Below, piece after piece: positions 1-14,134 of a stretch of DNA of 64,000 bases. The notes beneath the pieces are model-generated. The model did no database searches, had not been told where the DNA came from, and saw only the letters and a list, made by a program, of their open reading frames with translations. The stretch's first letter is position 1. Every line of letters begins with the position of its first letter. Position numbers and translations under genes: made by a program. Origin of the DNA: Setoptus koraiensis (lineage: Eukaryota; Animalia; Arthropoda); NCBI GenBank assembly GCA_048013815.1, contig CM106585.1, positions 8,556,001 through 8,620,000 on the forward strand, given 5' to 3'.

Positions 1-1102
1 GACAAGAGGGCGCCCCAAGCCGGCCATATAACACACACACACACACACACATATATACATAACAAATAGAGCAAGTGACACACAGATAAAAAACTAAACT
101 GCCCGTCCGACGAGCCCATTGAAATAAAGTGATATCCGCATGCCGCACGTATATGCAGCACGCCAGACAACAGCGACTCGTTATGTAATCGGTCGTTGTC
201 GGGCGGCGTCTTGCAGGGTTCACGTTGCCACTGGCTGGCACCATTTGGGGTCCGCCAGCGCGCTCGTCAGCGTCGCGCCGGGAGCCCCAAACGGCGCGAC
301 GCGAAACAGCGGCAAGCACTGGGCAAACGGCGAGCGCTTGGCAAACAGCGATAGACGGCAAAGGAAGGGCCAGACGCTGGTTATATCTATCATCTGGCTA
401 GCAGATATTAGCGAGCTAGGGCAAATGTCGCGCGTTGAGATGTTTCAACTGGGGCGCCACTAAACTGGCCGCTGCAAGCGCTGAAAGCCGGCCGCTGCAA
501 GCTGGCCGCTGCAAGCTGGCGGGGGCGCCATTGAGGCCCCGCTGACAAATCGAAAGTGAGCTCACTTTCGAGCCCGCCGCCAGTGGGGCCGGCCCGTCGG
601 GCGGCCCACGACAAGCGGACGAAAATGAATTGTGATTTGGTGCTGGCCGGCTCAAGACACTGGCCAGCGCGCCGACCGCCAAGTGGCGGCGGCCCGGGCC
701 AGCCAGCAGCGGGCCGGGCGAGACAAGTGGCGGCCCGAGCAGCGGACGGATATTTGCAGAAATTGCCAGTTCCGCTTGGGTGCCGTTTGGCGCCCCCGTT
801 GTGGCCGGCGGCGCGCCAGCAAGCAGCGCCGGCTAGCTGCGGCCAGTGTCGCCAATGTCGCTAGGTCCTTTTTAGCGGCGTGGCTGTGATTACTGGTTAC
901 TGTTGTTGCCAATTGTGTGTCGCTGGCACGACGACGGCCACGACGACCACCGTGACACGGCATAAACTGGCGCACCACACATAAACGCAGCCATGACGTA
1001 ATTGCATTCATGGTGTCATCCATACGCCACTGTGTGACGCAATATATGGATCATATCAAGACGACAGCGCACAATTGCCATGACCATTGTGCCACCACAC
1101 AA

Positions 1103-1174
1103 GCTGTGATATATGCCGCGATATATGCCGCGATATACGCCGTGATGTACGCCGTGATGTACGCCGTGATGTAT
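1103..1174. repeat. 12-bp tandem repeat x6 (GCYGYGATRTAY)
   Basis: gctgtgatatat gccgcgatatat gccgcgatatac gccgtgatgtac gccgtgatgtac gccgtgatgtat. Confidence 0.9.
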
Positions 1175-1715
1175 GCTGGACAGTGGGGCCAGTGGGGCCG
1201 GCGGACGCATATATCACGATGCTGCCGCCAGCATGATGATGTGATGATATGTGTGAGCGGCAATTTACTCTCATTACAGCCGCTCGCTGGCCGCCGAGTG
1301 ACCCGCGCGGCCCGCTCCGGCCGCACCGCTGGCTCGCTGGGGCCCCGGCACGCAGCCGCACACAGCCCGTGCGAGGCGATAAATAGCTTGAAAACTAAAT
1401 TGAAATAGAACAGAATGGAACAACAAAATAAAATAAATCACCGCGCCGGCCGATTTATCCGACCACATTTATCTCTTTCAGTGACTCGGCCATGGGCTTA
1501 CGCTTCACCTCTCATGTCTAAATCGCTAAATCTCATTCAATTGGCCCTCTCTCCCTCTCTCTCTCTGCCCCCAACGCAACGCCATTGCAACTGACCAAAA
1601 CTGACCAAAACTCACCAATGAATTATGTCACAACGCACACGCCCGACTGTCGGATATCGCGTGCAAATCTCGCTCGTGCGCCGCTCAATCGCTCACCAGC
1701 TACTGGTCACTCCTA

Positions 1716-2286
1716 TTGGCCTTGCTGGCCCTGCTTCGTGAGCCCCTTATTTCGTCCTTGGCCGGCCCGCCGACGTCGGTGCGGTCGCCGGCGTCGTTGT
1801 GGTCGCCGGCGTCGTTGTGGTCCTGGCTCGCCAACAGCGACACAACAACAACAGCAGCAGCACAACAACAACAGCAACAACAACAGCAACAACAACAGCA
1901 ACATCAGCACCCAAATGGTCAGCGCTGCTGCTTTGTTGCCTACGCCCTACAGCTGACCAGCAGCTCTACCGGCCCCACCGGCCTCGTGGGCCCCATTGGG
2001 CCCAATGGCTCGCAATCCGCTACAACTTCGGGTCTGCAATTCAATATTAACCAGCCCAATAATAATAACAACAACAACAACAATAACAATAATAATGGTA
2101 AAGTTAACGCATCGCCACTTTTCGTGAACCAGGACGGTGCGTCGTCAAGTCAAGCGCAAGCGGGCGGAAGAAAATCAATCTCAAATAGGGAAATCGAGAA
2201 GCAAATAGTGGACAAAATCCTAGGCGAGGGCTACGACAAGCGAATCCGTCCCGCCGGCTCGGGCTCCACCAACAAGACGCAACCAG
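1716..2286 (+). CDS. GluCl: GluCl coding exon 1 (5' boundary uncertain)
   Basis: Frame ends ...NREIEKQIVDKILGEGYDKRIRPAGSGSTNKTQPG, the Cys-loop N-terminal helix and YDxRIRP motif, followed by donor CCAG|GTAAGT at 2287 (phase 1). The frame is open from 1605 with no ATG; a possible phase-0 acceptor lies at 1953. Confidence 0.8.
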
Positions 2287-3659
2287 GTAAGTTTGCCCAC
2301 TGTCTACACTCGTGGCGAGTTGCAAACTGTGTCTCTATAAACTGTTAAATTGACAGTGTTGATTGTGTCCAAACTGAGCCAATTGAGCCAATGGAGCCAT
2401 TATTGAATGGACAATAATAAATCAATTTAAAGCATCGCATTGAATTGGTCTGATTATCACACAAATTGGGTCTGATATGACCCAAATTGTGTCATTATAA
2501 CAACACGCTCGACCACGCAAACCGGAAGCTGGTTGCGCGCGTATTTTCGGTTTGACCATTAGCACGAGCTTGTGTAACACGTTGCAACGTGACACCTCGA
2601 GACGCGGAAGTGACGCTGTCACGTCTGTCAAGGTCGTGTGTAAATTGTGATATTCACAATGCGATTCGCATTATGACGCGATTATGCGCGATATTCGCTG
2701 GTGTTGAGCCATGTGATTATTACATGTGTGTATTAAGAATGAATTTCAACAGTATACACATGACATAAATTGAATGCGAGCGGCTCATTGGGCCCAAACA
2801 GCCAGAAATTGGGCCCAATTAACCAATTAACAATTAGCTCGCACTCATTAAGTTGGGCCCAACTGACTGTCGATTGAACACTTTTTAGTCGGGCGCCCCC
2901 AAGCGGCCCAGCTATGTGTCACATTATGTGACTCACATAGTATCACATACTATTAGCATGTGAGGCCTCACAGCCTATGAGTCACAGGTAGACAGGTAAA
3001 TAGCAACAGCGGCAACAGTAGCGATTTGGGTCATGGCTAATTTGTTGCTAAACTGCGTGTAGTTTGAGCACAGTGCACAGAGTGAGAGTTTGTTGTTGTC
3101 CCAATTAAATTAGCTTGTCAGCGACTTTTGAGGCCCATTGTTAATGAGCGGCAGCGGCACGGGCAAACCCGGGGGCGAACGTGCCCGGCAGCCACGTTTT
3201 TGGGTCACGGCTCGCACTGGATATATCAGAGCTGAGAGATATATCCGGCTAGACGCACTGGCTTATACCACTGGCGCTGCTAGCCATCTAAGTCTGTATA
3301 TATCCATGGGTATATCCAGTGGGCGAGCGGGCATATCCAGTGGGCGAGCGGAACGTGCTCCCACTGCAAAACCGGCTAATGTGTGCCTATGTAAATTGGC
3401 TATTATGCCATTGCATTTCATTGCATATCAATTGGCCCAAACAGACACACGGTGCGCTCAATTTGTGTGGGCCCCTTGCAAGCTGGCCGCTAATCTGACC
3501 GCTTTATCTGGCTTGCGCTGCCTTGTCAGCGGCTCGGCCAGGTGAGCTTTGAATCATTACCATGTTACATAACCAGCCACGGACGAATTGGTGTGGCAAG
3601 ACGTCGCCGGTTAGTTTGTCGGTTCAGTGTGCCGGCGGAGCTTGTCAGTTTGGTTGCTT

Positions 3660-3737
3660 GTTCGTTTGGTTGTGCGTCGGTTTGGTTGTGTGTCGGTTTG
3701 GTTGTGTGTCGGTTTGGTTGTGTGTCGGTTTGGTTGG
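3660..3737. repeat. 16-bp tandem repeat (GGTTTGGTTGTGTGTC) about x5
   Basis: Directly visible, degenerate at both ends. Confidence 0.85.
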
Positions 3738-4006
3738 GTGTGAATGTGGTTGTTTGTCAGTGTGGCCGGCTCATTACAGGGGGCTCCTCGTTTTTTAACA
3801 AAGTTTCGCCTGAGACTTTGCTGGCAACTTGTTTATCTGGCCCGGTGATGTCACTGTTGGGGCCAGCCAACAGTGATGGCGTGCATGCCAACTCAATTGT
3901 GGTTGCAATGTTTGTCTTTCTGTCTGGGCAAAATTAAAAGCCCCGGCTGCCAGAGCCGCAAACACGCGCAGCGAAAAGCGGCCCAAGAGCGAAGGCCAGA
4001 GAGCAA

Positions 4007-4078
4007 AAAGCGAGGATAAAAGCGAGGATAAAAGCGAGGATAAAAGCGAGGATAAAAGCGAGGATAAAAGCGAGGATA
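4007..4078. repeat. 12-bp tandem repeat x6 (AAAGCGAGGATA)
   Basis: Six perfect adjacent copies. Confidence 0.95.
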
Positions 4079-6205
4079 ATAGAGAGAGAGGGAAAAATGG
4101 ACGAAAACAGGGAAAAAGACGGCGAGTTCACTTTGGCGGTTTATGATACTGTCGGCGGGCACGCAGCAACAGCAGCACAGTAGCCGGCAGCGAAAGCAGA
4201 TTTGCAGCCATGATGAGAGTCAAATGGAAACAACACCCCATACGCACCGCTGACAGCCGCTAGCTTGCCAGCGAACGTTCTTATCGAGATATTTTTATTT
4301 GTTTGCATAACGCACATTGGAACGGTACACACAGTTCCGCTGTTTAACAACTACGCGGCACTGGCACGTAGTTGATCATAGTCACGTAACATCTCTCAGT
4401 GCCTCATCCGTCGTCGTATCTGTTGGCGCGCAAACGTGCACAAACAACTGCTTCTGTTCCTTTCGGAGGCCCGCTTCGAATCCTTTCCTTTCGAAGCGAC
4501 TCGGCGCAAATCGAAGCGACGCGGCGCAAATCGACGGCAGCCCCAAGCGGCGACACTGCAACTTGCAGTCTGAAAGTGGCGCTATCTGTCCATATGATCT
4601 GTGTGACATCGATATCGCGCCTGATTGAGCCCTCGCTCCCCTTGCTCGGGGCTGTGTCTCGGCGAGCGACAGCGGCTTGTAACTCTGTGCCGAGCTGTGC
4701 TAGCCAATATCAGAGCGATTCGTTTTCGCTCTGATATTCGCTTTTTCGTCCGTTTTCACGTCTGTCGCCCGCACGGTTCATCCACCAACGGGATTTCCAA
4801 CGGGCCCCGTGGAACAGGTGATGACACGGCGCTGATTGGCGCCGCTTTCAATCTGAAACTGACCGCTCACTGGCTCATCTAGACTCTCAACAGAATCTAG
4901 ACTTTGGAATCTAGACTCTCAACAGAATCGAGACTCTAGATTGCAAAGTCGGCACGAGCACAAGCGCCAATTCATCGCGATTCGCGGCAACCAATTGTTG
5001 TTGTCCGATTCATCCGTCCGAGCACAAAATCAGCAAGATTCTGTGTGTCCGATTTTGGGCGATTCTCTCGCGAGTTACAAGTTTCCGAGTTGCAATCTCA
5101 AAGTCGCTCAATTTATTCCAATTTAGTTGAGAGGCCGGAATAAATTTATAGCCGGCGCCCACTGTTTCGTAGCGCGGCTGCGGTCACACTCTAACCGTTG
5201 CAGGCAGACAACAATCAGACCAACCTTGTGTGGTCTGTCGCAGACAAGTTTTGTTTTCCGTGCGAGCATGGAAAACAAAACCGGAAGCGGCCAGATTCTT
5301 GATTCGCTGGATCAAGAATCTATGATTGTGGTGCTGTGATGACGGCACAAACCGGCCAGCAATTGATTGATTCAAGGGTTCGCTTGCAGCAATTTGCTGC
5401 GCCAAACAGCTCGGCTCAACAATATTTCGGGGATATCTCTCAATTCCAGAGATTCATCTATGTTCAGCCCAAGCTGCCACACAATGATCCCGGCCGGCCG
5501 CATGAGTGACCGTAGCCATTGTCGGTGTTTAAATTTAGCCAAGACAGTCAACTTGTTCATTTGCAACGACACGCTGCCGGTATCATCCGGTGACGTGACA
5601 TGACTGGCGGCGCCCGGGGCCATTCTTTGCCGGTGCCCCTTCTCGAAGCGGTCGCCTCTCTCCGAGGCATTGGCCCCTTTTTGAGGCAGTGGCCCCTTTC
5701 GAAGCAGGCGACTCGCCTCTATTTGAAGCCAGGGACAGTGGCAGTCTGCGATCAAACGGGCGAGCAGCTCAGCGCGATCTATCGCGATTCGAGATATCTG
5801 TTCGTACTCACCGGGGCACCCTCTGTTGGGTCTATTTGGCTGATTGGCTTGGCATCACTGGGTGTTCGGCGCATTACGGCGGCATTGTCTGCCAGACAGA
5901 CACAATCAGCGCGCCAGGCAAGCGACAAACAAATTGCATATCGACAGCGGCCAGATTTTGGTTGCCAGCACGAGTTATCTGGTTGTTTCAATCTCATATT
6001 TGGGGCCCACTTTTGGCTGCTGCCTACATATCTGCATATCTGTGTGCACTGCCACATACGGCCAATGAGCAGCTCGGATAAGTGACCCGGGGGCGCTGTG
6101 CCGTCAACGAGCACGATAGGCAGCAGCGCGTCGACGCTGGGGCCCCATTCGAGCGCTCCATTCCTCTGGCTGACGCGCATCTGGCGCGCAGATTCATTAG
6201 AAACT

Positions 6206-6298
6206 CGTCGATGGCTCAACCAGTCGATGGCTCAACTAGTCGATGGCTCCACTCGTCGATGGCTCCACTCGTCGATGGCTCCACTCGTCGATGATTCA
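6206..6298. repeat. About 16-bp tandem repeat (TCGTCGATGGCTCCAC) about x6
   Basis: Adjacent imperfect copies without unique spacers. Confidence 0.85.
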
Positions 6299-9200
6299 AC
6301 CCGTCGGGGCCTCTTTGTAGCGGGCAATGTTTAGAGCACGTGTGAAGCCGACGTGTCCGCTATTATCTCTTATTATCTGCTCGCTGGCTGCACAGCTCAA
6401 TTGGCACCATCTATCATCGAGGCGCGAGTGCCACGAATCAAACAAACTCAACTTGCAGTCGCACCCACTGAGGCCGCCACTCGTCGCCAATGCTCAACGA
6501 GGGGCCGAGCCGTTAATTGAGGCGAGCGCCCCTATAAACAAGCGGCGCTGAGTGTAAACGCGCACTCGAGTGAGCCGGCCCGGTCCGGCCCGGCCGCAAG
6601 GCCCGTAAGTTGCGGGCCAATTTACGCTCAACTAGGCGCCAACCAACCAAAACTAGGCCAATGTTATGCAACGCGCCGGCCCCAGATAATACACACGTCT
6701 GGCCATTGTGTGCAGCGGCTTGGCGCAACCGCACGGACAGTCTGACGCGCGGTGGGCGCCAGAGTGAATTTGAATGAATGAATAATTATTCATATTATCT
6801 CTTTGGCAGCGCAATTATTGAACTGCTAACCCCTGTCGGGCCCCACTGTCCAACCGGCCAGAAAATCTGCACTGCAGCGCCAGTTAATAAATTAACCCAT
6901 AATAAATATCCAAAAGAATGTGTTGCTTGTTAGTTGCGTGCTCGCGCTGGGGCCCACAGGGCGTCGCGCTGAATTGGTCGCCGGGCAGCGGGCACAAATC
7001 AACTAATTTGCTGGCTGTTCACGTGTGCAAAATTAACTGGCAGCTCGATCGGGGCCCCAGCCCAGCCGAGCCAGCCTGCCAATCAATGGCTTGCTGGCCC
7101 GCAAGCGGGCCCAATTTGGGCCAGGCGCCCCCTTGTTGTTCGCAACTCTCGCAACAAATCGGTTGTCAGTGGGGCGATCTTTGTGTGATTGCTCACAGTT
7201 TCGCGCGCTCTGCAAATGGGCTTCGTTTTAGCTTTTGTTTGGGGCAGCATCCGGGGGCGACTTTGCATTGTGACCGACAATTTCTCAGCCGGCAGCCGAA
7301 GCAGTGACGTGCAGCGCGACGTGCAAAGTTTACAGGTAATTGCAGCACCAGGCAGCCAGCAGCACCGGCCCCAACTCGCTGGCTCGGTTGAAGCGAGGCT
7401 CGGCACGCGCGCCCTCTAGCCAATTGATTGTGCCGTTGAGGCGTCGCTGTGGGGCCCCCGCAAGTTGCGGGCCTCAACAACAGCCAGAATGAGCGCACTT
7501 TCACGGGCCGGCCTTTAAGCGGGCCAAATGTTGCCCGGCTGGCAACATTTGGCTCACTCTCAAGCTGATGCCGGCGCTCGCCAGCAAACGCGGCCGCTGC
7601 CGCGGCTGCCGCTGCAAATCGCCCCAGAGGCGCCCCGACAAGACGAAGCCGACAAGAAGCCGCGCCAGTCCCATAAATCTATGAATTTGCCATAAATCTT
7701 GCCACAGCGGCCTAGGCAATGGGCGCGCATATTGTTTATCTGCTGCTGCTGGCTTAATGGCAGCCGCCATTCAGATCCGGCATCACTATCCAATTGGAAT
7801 TTCAAGTGTGCTCAATGGCTGCCTAATGGCTGTTCAATAGCGCCGCTCACCAGGTGAGATATGGAGATTTTCTTCTTCTAGTCGATTCGTGGAATATTCA
7901 ATTGTTGTTGGTGTTTTTGGGCGCACGTTCGGGCCCGTCGTTTTGCTGTCCCGATCGGACACCTCGGGCCGCGCAGTTTGGGGGGGGGGGCCGAGCCCGA
8001 CTTGCGCACCGGCAGTGTGACACTGGCAACAGCCCGTCGGGTGCAGCTTAGGCCGGGTGTCACCGCAAATTAAATCGCTGTTGGGTCGCATTAGCGGACG
8101 CATTCATAAACTGGGGCCCGACAGCTCGCATTGCGCCTCATGCTGCGGCTTTGCGCCTGCATAGAGCAGTGATAAAGTATTGATTGTATCTCTGGCTGAT
8201 CTCTTGCCGGGGTAAATTAAAATGTGGGCCCGCTTAAAATGTGCACCCAGTTTAAATGCCGGCCCGCTAAAAATGGCGGCCCGGTGAAAATGCCAGCCCG
8301 CTAAAAATACCAGCCCAGGTATTTTAATACGGTGCGGACGCGGTGCGCCGTGATGCGCAATCTGCGCCCCAGAGTCATGATGCAGAAAAGTGGCCAGACA
8401 GAGTGGCGGCGAATTGGGCCCCGGCCAAGAATAGACTGGCTGCTGATAGACTGGCTGCGCGGGCAACGATTAATCGCAATTGTGGCACGGGTATCGACAT
8501 CGGGCCATTGTGGGCCCGATGTCGATTTAATAGGACGCGGCGCGCAATTCAATCGACTTATAAGCATCGCTGCACCGACGTGTGTCGACTCGACATTGTC
8601 GAGATTGAGCGCCGAAATGGAATTAGGCGAAGCGGGGGCCATCCGAGCTTGTCGAGCTTGTGGGGCCCGGCGAGCGCGTCTCAGCAGCAAATGAGCGCAC
8701 CCAGAGACGGGCAAAAAAGAGTGGGGACCCCACCAAGAGCACACACTGTTTGCGTTGCGTTGTGACATGACAGCGGCGTGCAATTTGTCGTCAGCAGTTT
8801 GGTGCGTTCCTTTTACTTGTCGCAATTTATTTGTTGCAATTTTTATTTAAGCCTCTCTCTCTCAACTGTAAGCTAACTGACTGCTCACTGTGTTACCTAA
8901 CTGGGGCACCACGGGCGCAACGTGGCCAAAGTGCGGCGCAAAGCCGACAAACAGAACAAAAGCGACAACAACATCAACAACAGATATCAAATATTGAATC
9001 AATTTTGTTGTTCGCCGCGCTCCATTTGCCACTTTGCTGGCGCCCGCCAGCCGCCCCATAAATGGACCTGGCCGCTTGCGCACATTGAATGGATTTATCA
9101 TTACATAATGCGCCGGCGTTGTTACATTGGGGCCCCGGCTTGCCACTGGCCCCAATGTAACAACAAACTAACCAAATTCGCCAACCGTTAGTTTTTATTT

Positions 9201-12200
9201 GTGCGCCTAGTGTCGACACTGGCGCACAGGCACAATAACTGGCCCGCAGAATAAGGCACAGCGCAGCAAAACTCGCTAGCTCGTGGGGCCAGCTCGTGGG
9301 GCCGGCTTGCCGTGAGGTTAGCTTGCGACACTGGCTTGCGACACTGGCTTGTGAGGCTGGCTTGTGAGGCTTGTGAGGCTGGCGAGGCTGGCGAGGCTGG
9401 CGAGGCTGGCGTGTGAGGCTGGCTCGCCTCACAAGGCGAGGCCCCGGTGGCAGTGTTTGAAATGGCCGAGATTGGTTTGCACTTTTGAGTTACGAGTTCA
9501 CTTAATCATCGCGTTTTTTTCAGTGGCACAGTGGCGCTCTCACACTAACACTGGCAATTGCTATCTTCTTTCATATCTGTCTACTGGGCGTAGATTTGTC
9601 GCGGCCCAAGCCGAGCTCATTGGGGCCCATTCAAGCTTGAAAAGAGCGCCAAGCTGCTTATTTACCGCGCGCCATTCTTCTACAGTCTGGCGGTATATTT
9701 CTCAATATTTACTACCACCATTTCCCACTAAACTGACGTGTAGCTGACGAAGCAAACCAAGCCAACCAAGCTATGCTAATGCTGGCTCGTTTCGTGGCTC
9801 GCGCGTTTCAGCACGCGCCGGGCCCCGCCACTGGATCGGGCCGGCACGTCTAGAGGCATTTCCCTTTCTCTCTTGGCCCCCTGTGCCGCCTATTCATCGT
9901 GTCGTCTAGTGCCTGCGAGTTGGCCCGGCCACCAACCACCAATCAGCTCCATTCAGTTTTGGCAGCTCGCATTCTGCTGTGGCGGCTCGCATTCGGCTGT
10001 TGCAGCTCGCCGGGCCCCATTATGCCCGTACACATTCTTGTGTGTGGATATGCACAAATATACTTGCATGTATGTGCATGTTATTATTATATGTTGTATA
10101 TCCGTCCATAGTGGAGCCGCTTTTTCGCGACACAATTCGCCAGCGGCAATGCGTCGCCCTCTATCAATGGGACGCTATCAATGGGACGCTATCAATGGGA
10201 CACCATCAATGGGACGATTCGCGGGGCCTGCGCAAAATAATTAGCCGGCCTCATTAACCGAATCAACCAATTGTCCGGTCGTGCGCTTGTCCGCTTGTCT
10301 GGTTGTGGAAACTCTGATCATCAGAGTCTCATGGCTCACATCATGTGAGTCACGTGTGGCCCAATCATGCCAGCATATTTCGCCACGACTTGGGCCCCAC
10401 TGTCGCTGGCAAAATGATGGATATTTCTCCAAAGTTAACTGACCTCTTGACTCAAGAGTCTTGAGGCGCTCGCTGGCAGCAGCACCGAACGAGCTTGCAG
10501 CATGAATTTAGTATGAATACCAGTGCATCCAATTTAAGTAAGAAGTAAGGTATCGTGAGCGTGGCTCGTGAAATCCCGGCCCCATTGGCTCCAATGGTAA
10601 CGGCACCAGGCGCCGGCTGGGGCCCATAACAAGCTGCTTGAAATATAACATGCCCATATTGTTTATCGCGTGGATTAGATTACGTTGCTAGTGGCTGGCC
10701 AACAGCGATTGCATGATTGCTGCCGTTTGAATGGAGCACTGATGGCGACATTCAAACTGTGAGAAGAATTTGAGAGCACAAGACGATTAAACATTTCGGC
10801 AATATATTTGCCGAGCCGATTTGCATCCCATGCAAGCTCAATTTTGCACCCCATGCAAGCTCAATTGAAGAATATGAATATTTATATTTACACGGTATTT
10901 ATACGGGGCGCGGGATAAATGAAATGTGTAAATAAAGGTATAAAACGGGTTATCAAAGCGGCCTCGCATGACAGCATCAATCAATGAGCTTGGCAGAGAG
11001 ATCTTAATGAATGATGTTGCTTACAGGTATTATAATATTTGGGTTTGGGTGTGTTTGGGTTTGTTGTGGGCCGAGTGGCCGGTTGCATGGCACTGTGACT
11101 GAACATATTGAATATATTGTATATCGACACCGGCAACACACATGCACACATCAGCATACAAATGAATAGTTGCCGGATAGTTGTGTGATTTCATTTGCAC
11201 GAACACGACGGATATGCAAATGAGAGCCTCAGGGATGCTCTGGCGCCATCTGGTCGCCTGTGGGCCCGCTCATTGGGCCCCGCTCATATCTGGCCCCTTT
11301 GCAGCTTGTCTATTAATACATGCAAGCGGCCATGTATGCCTATATAAATGTATTTGGCCTATTATGTGTGTGTGTGTGTATGTTGCCGGTTTGTTTGCCG
11401 GTATTAATACAACCAAACAGCCAGATATAACCAGATAAAGCAGCAGCATAAGTATAATGCAGCTAGCGCACAGAAATTGGGCATAATTTAGACGCCAAGC
11501 GTAGACGTAACAAAATATTGTTGCCTCAACTTATATTATATTATACATTTGCATTTACATTGGCATTTACATGGTCCACTGGCACTTGCCTGGCCGCTTC
11601 AAACAGTTATGTTGTAGCAGTGACGGCGCCGGCAATAGCAAATAGTTACGTAATCAGTAAATAAGGCCCCATTGCAGTTAAGCAAGCTGACTTGAGCGAT
11701 GGGCCCCAATGAGATGCATTGCGGTGCTCAACTCGCCCACCATTACATATAATAATAATATATTATTATTATTATTATTATTATTGTATTGATATGATAT
11801 GATATTACGGTAATGGTGGCGATCATTATTTCTATCATAATTTCTTCGTTCAGGCCCAACCTTGTCGCTGTTGAGCCTGAACGAGTTAGCCCATACAGCT
11901 ATCCGGCGCATGGATATCCGTTATCCATGCGAATAATCGATTCGGCCTACAATCGAAATTGCTGTTCTCACACATGTAGCTTGTGTTTTGGATAAAGGAT
12001 ATCCGAGAAGCAAATAGTCGATTATGCATGGATATTCATGCAAGATTGCATGTAAATTTGGCTGACAAGTGAGAAGAGCAGCGCGCATTAGTTTAGCAAA
12101 AGTATACAAAACATGCAAAATCAATTGGCGGTTGACAGTTGAATGCAGTTCAGTTATTCTTCTATCACCTGTCGTGGTCATAGTTATGACCGTCATAGTT

Positions 12201-14062
12201 ATGAATTGATCAGAATTTCTCATGTCTCAATATGATTGGCCTGATTGGCCGCAACAAGCGCCACGTATGATTCATGTGATATGACGATGGCCTCTCTTCG
12301 AGCATCTCATGCCTCTGCAAACCGGAGTGCTCTTTTTAACGCAAATTTGTGGCCAGCTGAGGCCCCTCGGAATGAACGCTGCTGGATTGGGTTGTTGCGC
12401 TGTTGCAGTGAATACTTTTGGAGCGATTATCCGTCACAACGGATAGTCGGTTTGTTGGTAGGTGTGCACAGTTGATTTCAAATCGATATCCAGATAGGAT
12501 TCGCCAGTGTCCAGTATTCAGTGCCAGAGACGCAATATTGGTTTGTGGATATTTCATCGATCAATGAACTATGAGTTTGGTTGGCTTACATTTGTATTAG
12601 CTTGGTATTAGATGTCACACTTTGGTTGCATTGATTACATGGCACAGTATGGATAGTTTTGGTATCGCAACTGGAGCCAATATTTGGTAGCAATTGGTAG
12701 AGTTGCAACACACACACGCCGCTGGCCCAATCAATGATTATTGATTATCTCTGGCGCGTCTCACATCATCTGCATACCCTCAGCCAAACGAACCCTGGCT
12801 GGCTGGCTGGCTGGCTGCAGGTCTCACCGATCCGATTCGATCCAATTCCGTGTTATCCGATTCTGTGTGCGTCTTTACAAATGTCTTTGCAAATGTGATT
12901 TCGTGCTAGCCGAGCCACACAAATGGCCACAAAGAACACCTAATTATGGGCCCCGTTAGGCGATATTATCGCTGATGCACACAATTGATAATCACTTGAT
13001 TCCGCTTCACGGCTAATACCGAACCTATTCATATCATACCAACCGTTAGTTGTATGAATAGGAATATTGTGCAGTTATTCGGTTATTTGGTGCCAATGCA
13101 CCCAGCGATGTGCACCCATATACACATATATTTGTACGTATGGGTGCATGTAGCAATGGCATAGTAATAATATAATATAATGAGGCCAGTCCGGCCAGAG
13201 AGAGAGAGACTTTTGTATTTGAGAGAATATTGAATTGAACGATTTTTCCCTCTCTCTCTCTCTCTCTCTCCCTCTCTCTGTGGCCCATAATGGATTATCT
13301 ATTTATAGCTCCATCTATTGCAGTTTATTGTTAGTTTATTTATTTGGCTATGCAGCGGCTAAACAGTGCTTATAAACAATGGCGGCGATGTGTTGAATAT
13401 GGCTGCAATTAGTAATTGGCAAGCTACTGCTAGCTAACATTGGCTGTGACTCATTGACTGTCAATAACAATCATTATTGGCCGTTATTACGTGTTATTAC
13501 GTATTGTTGTGATGCGAGCGACATTGTGTGAGAATCTCACAGCAGCTTCGAAACAGTTAGCTCGATTTTGAGTTTGAGGAGCCAGCGAACAAACTAACGA
13601 ATCAACAAACGAGCCCGAGAACAAAAAACAAACAATTTATTTGCGCGTTGTTGGTCACTTTTGGCCGCTTTCTCTCTCACTAACCGTTGCAGTATCGCCG
13701 TTAGAGTCCCGCAGTCATAATCTAACGGCACAATCACAGTCATAACTGTAAAGTATAACTAGTCTAACTCTGTACACCAATGCCACTTATGGCCACAATG
13801 ACGCAACGTATTACACTGGTCAGTGTATATTGTTGTGTGTCGGGTATGTATTGTGACACATGAGCCGCTATAGTTACTATAGTATAGTAACAAAAATGGC
13901 CGCTATATTGATATTGCTGCATTGGGGCCCATAAAAGTTGCCGTTGTACTAGATGATTGTTGTTGTCATAATATATATATATATATATCTGGTCGCTGTA
14001 ATGTGGCTGTATCTCAGATATCCACACACACACCGACATAGACACTGGCCAGTCAGCTGGGC

Positions 14063-14134
14063 CTCATACTCATACTCATACTCATACTCATACTCATACT
14101 CATACTCATACTCATACTCATACTCATACTCATA
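14063..14134. repeat. (CTCATA)12 microsatellite
   Basis: Twelve perfect hexamers. Confidence 0.95.

Noticed and set aside
4475-4483. tRNA T-loop-like TTCGAATCC (also GTTCGATTC at 33600)
   Set aside because: No cloverleaf stems or D-loop/A-box around either site.
6206-6298. CRISPR-like appearance of short repeat arrays (also 3660-3737, 39509-39578, 44471-44560)
   Set aside because: Units are adjacent with no unique spacers, there are no cas genes, and the context is eukaryotic.
11907-11931. 10-bp perfect hairpin CGCATGGATA-TCCGT-TATCCATGCG (and a similar one near 14540-14580)
   Set aside because: Too short for a pre-miRNA, and short palindromes are pervasive in this intron.
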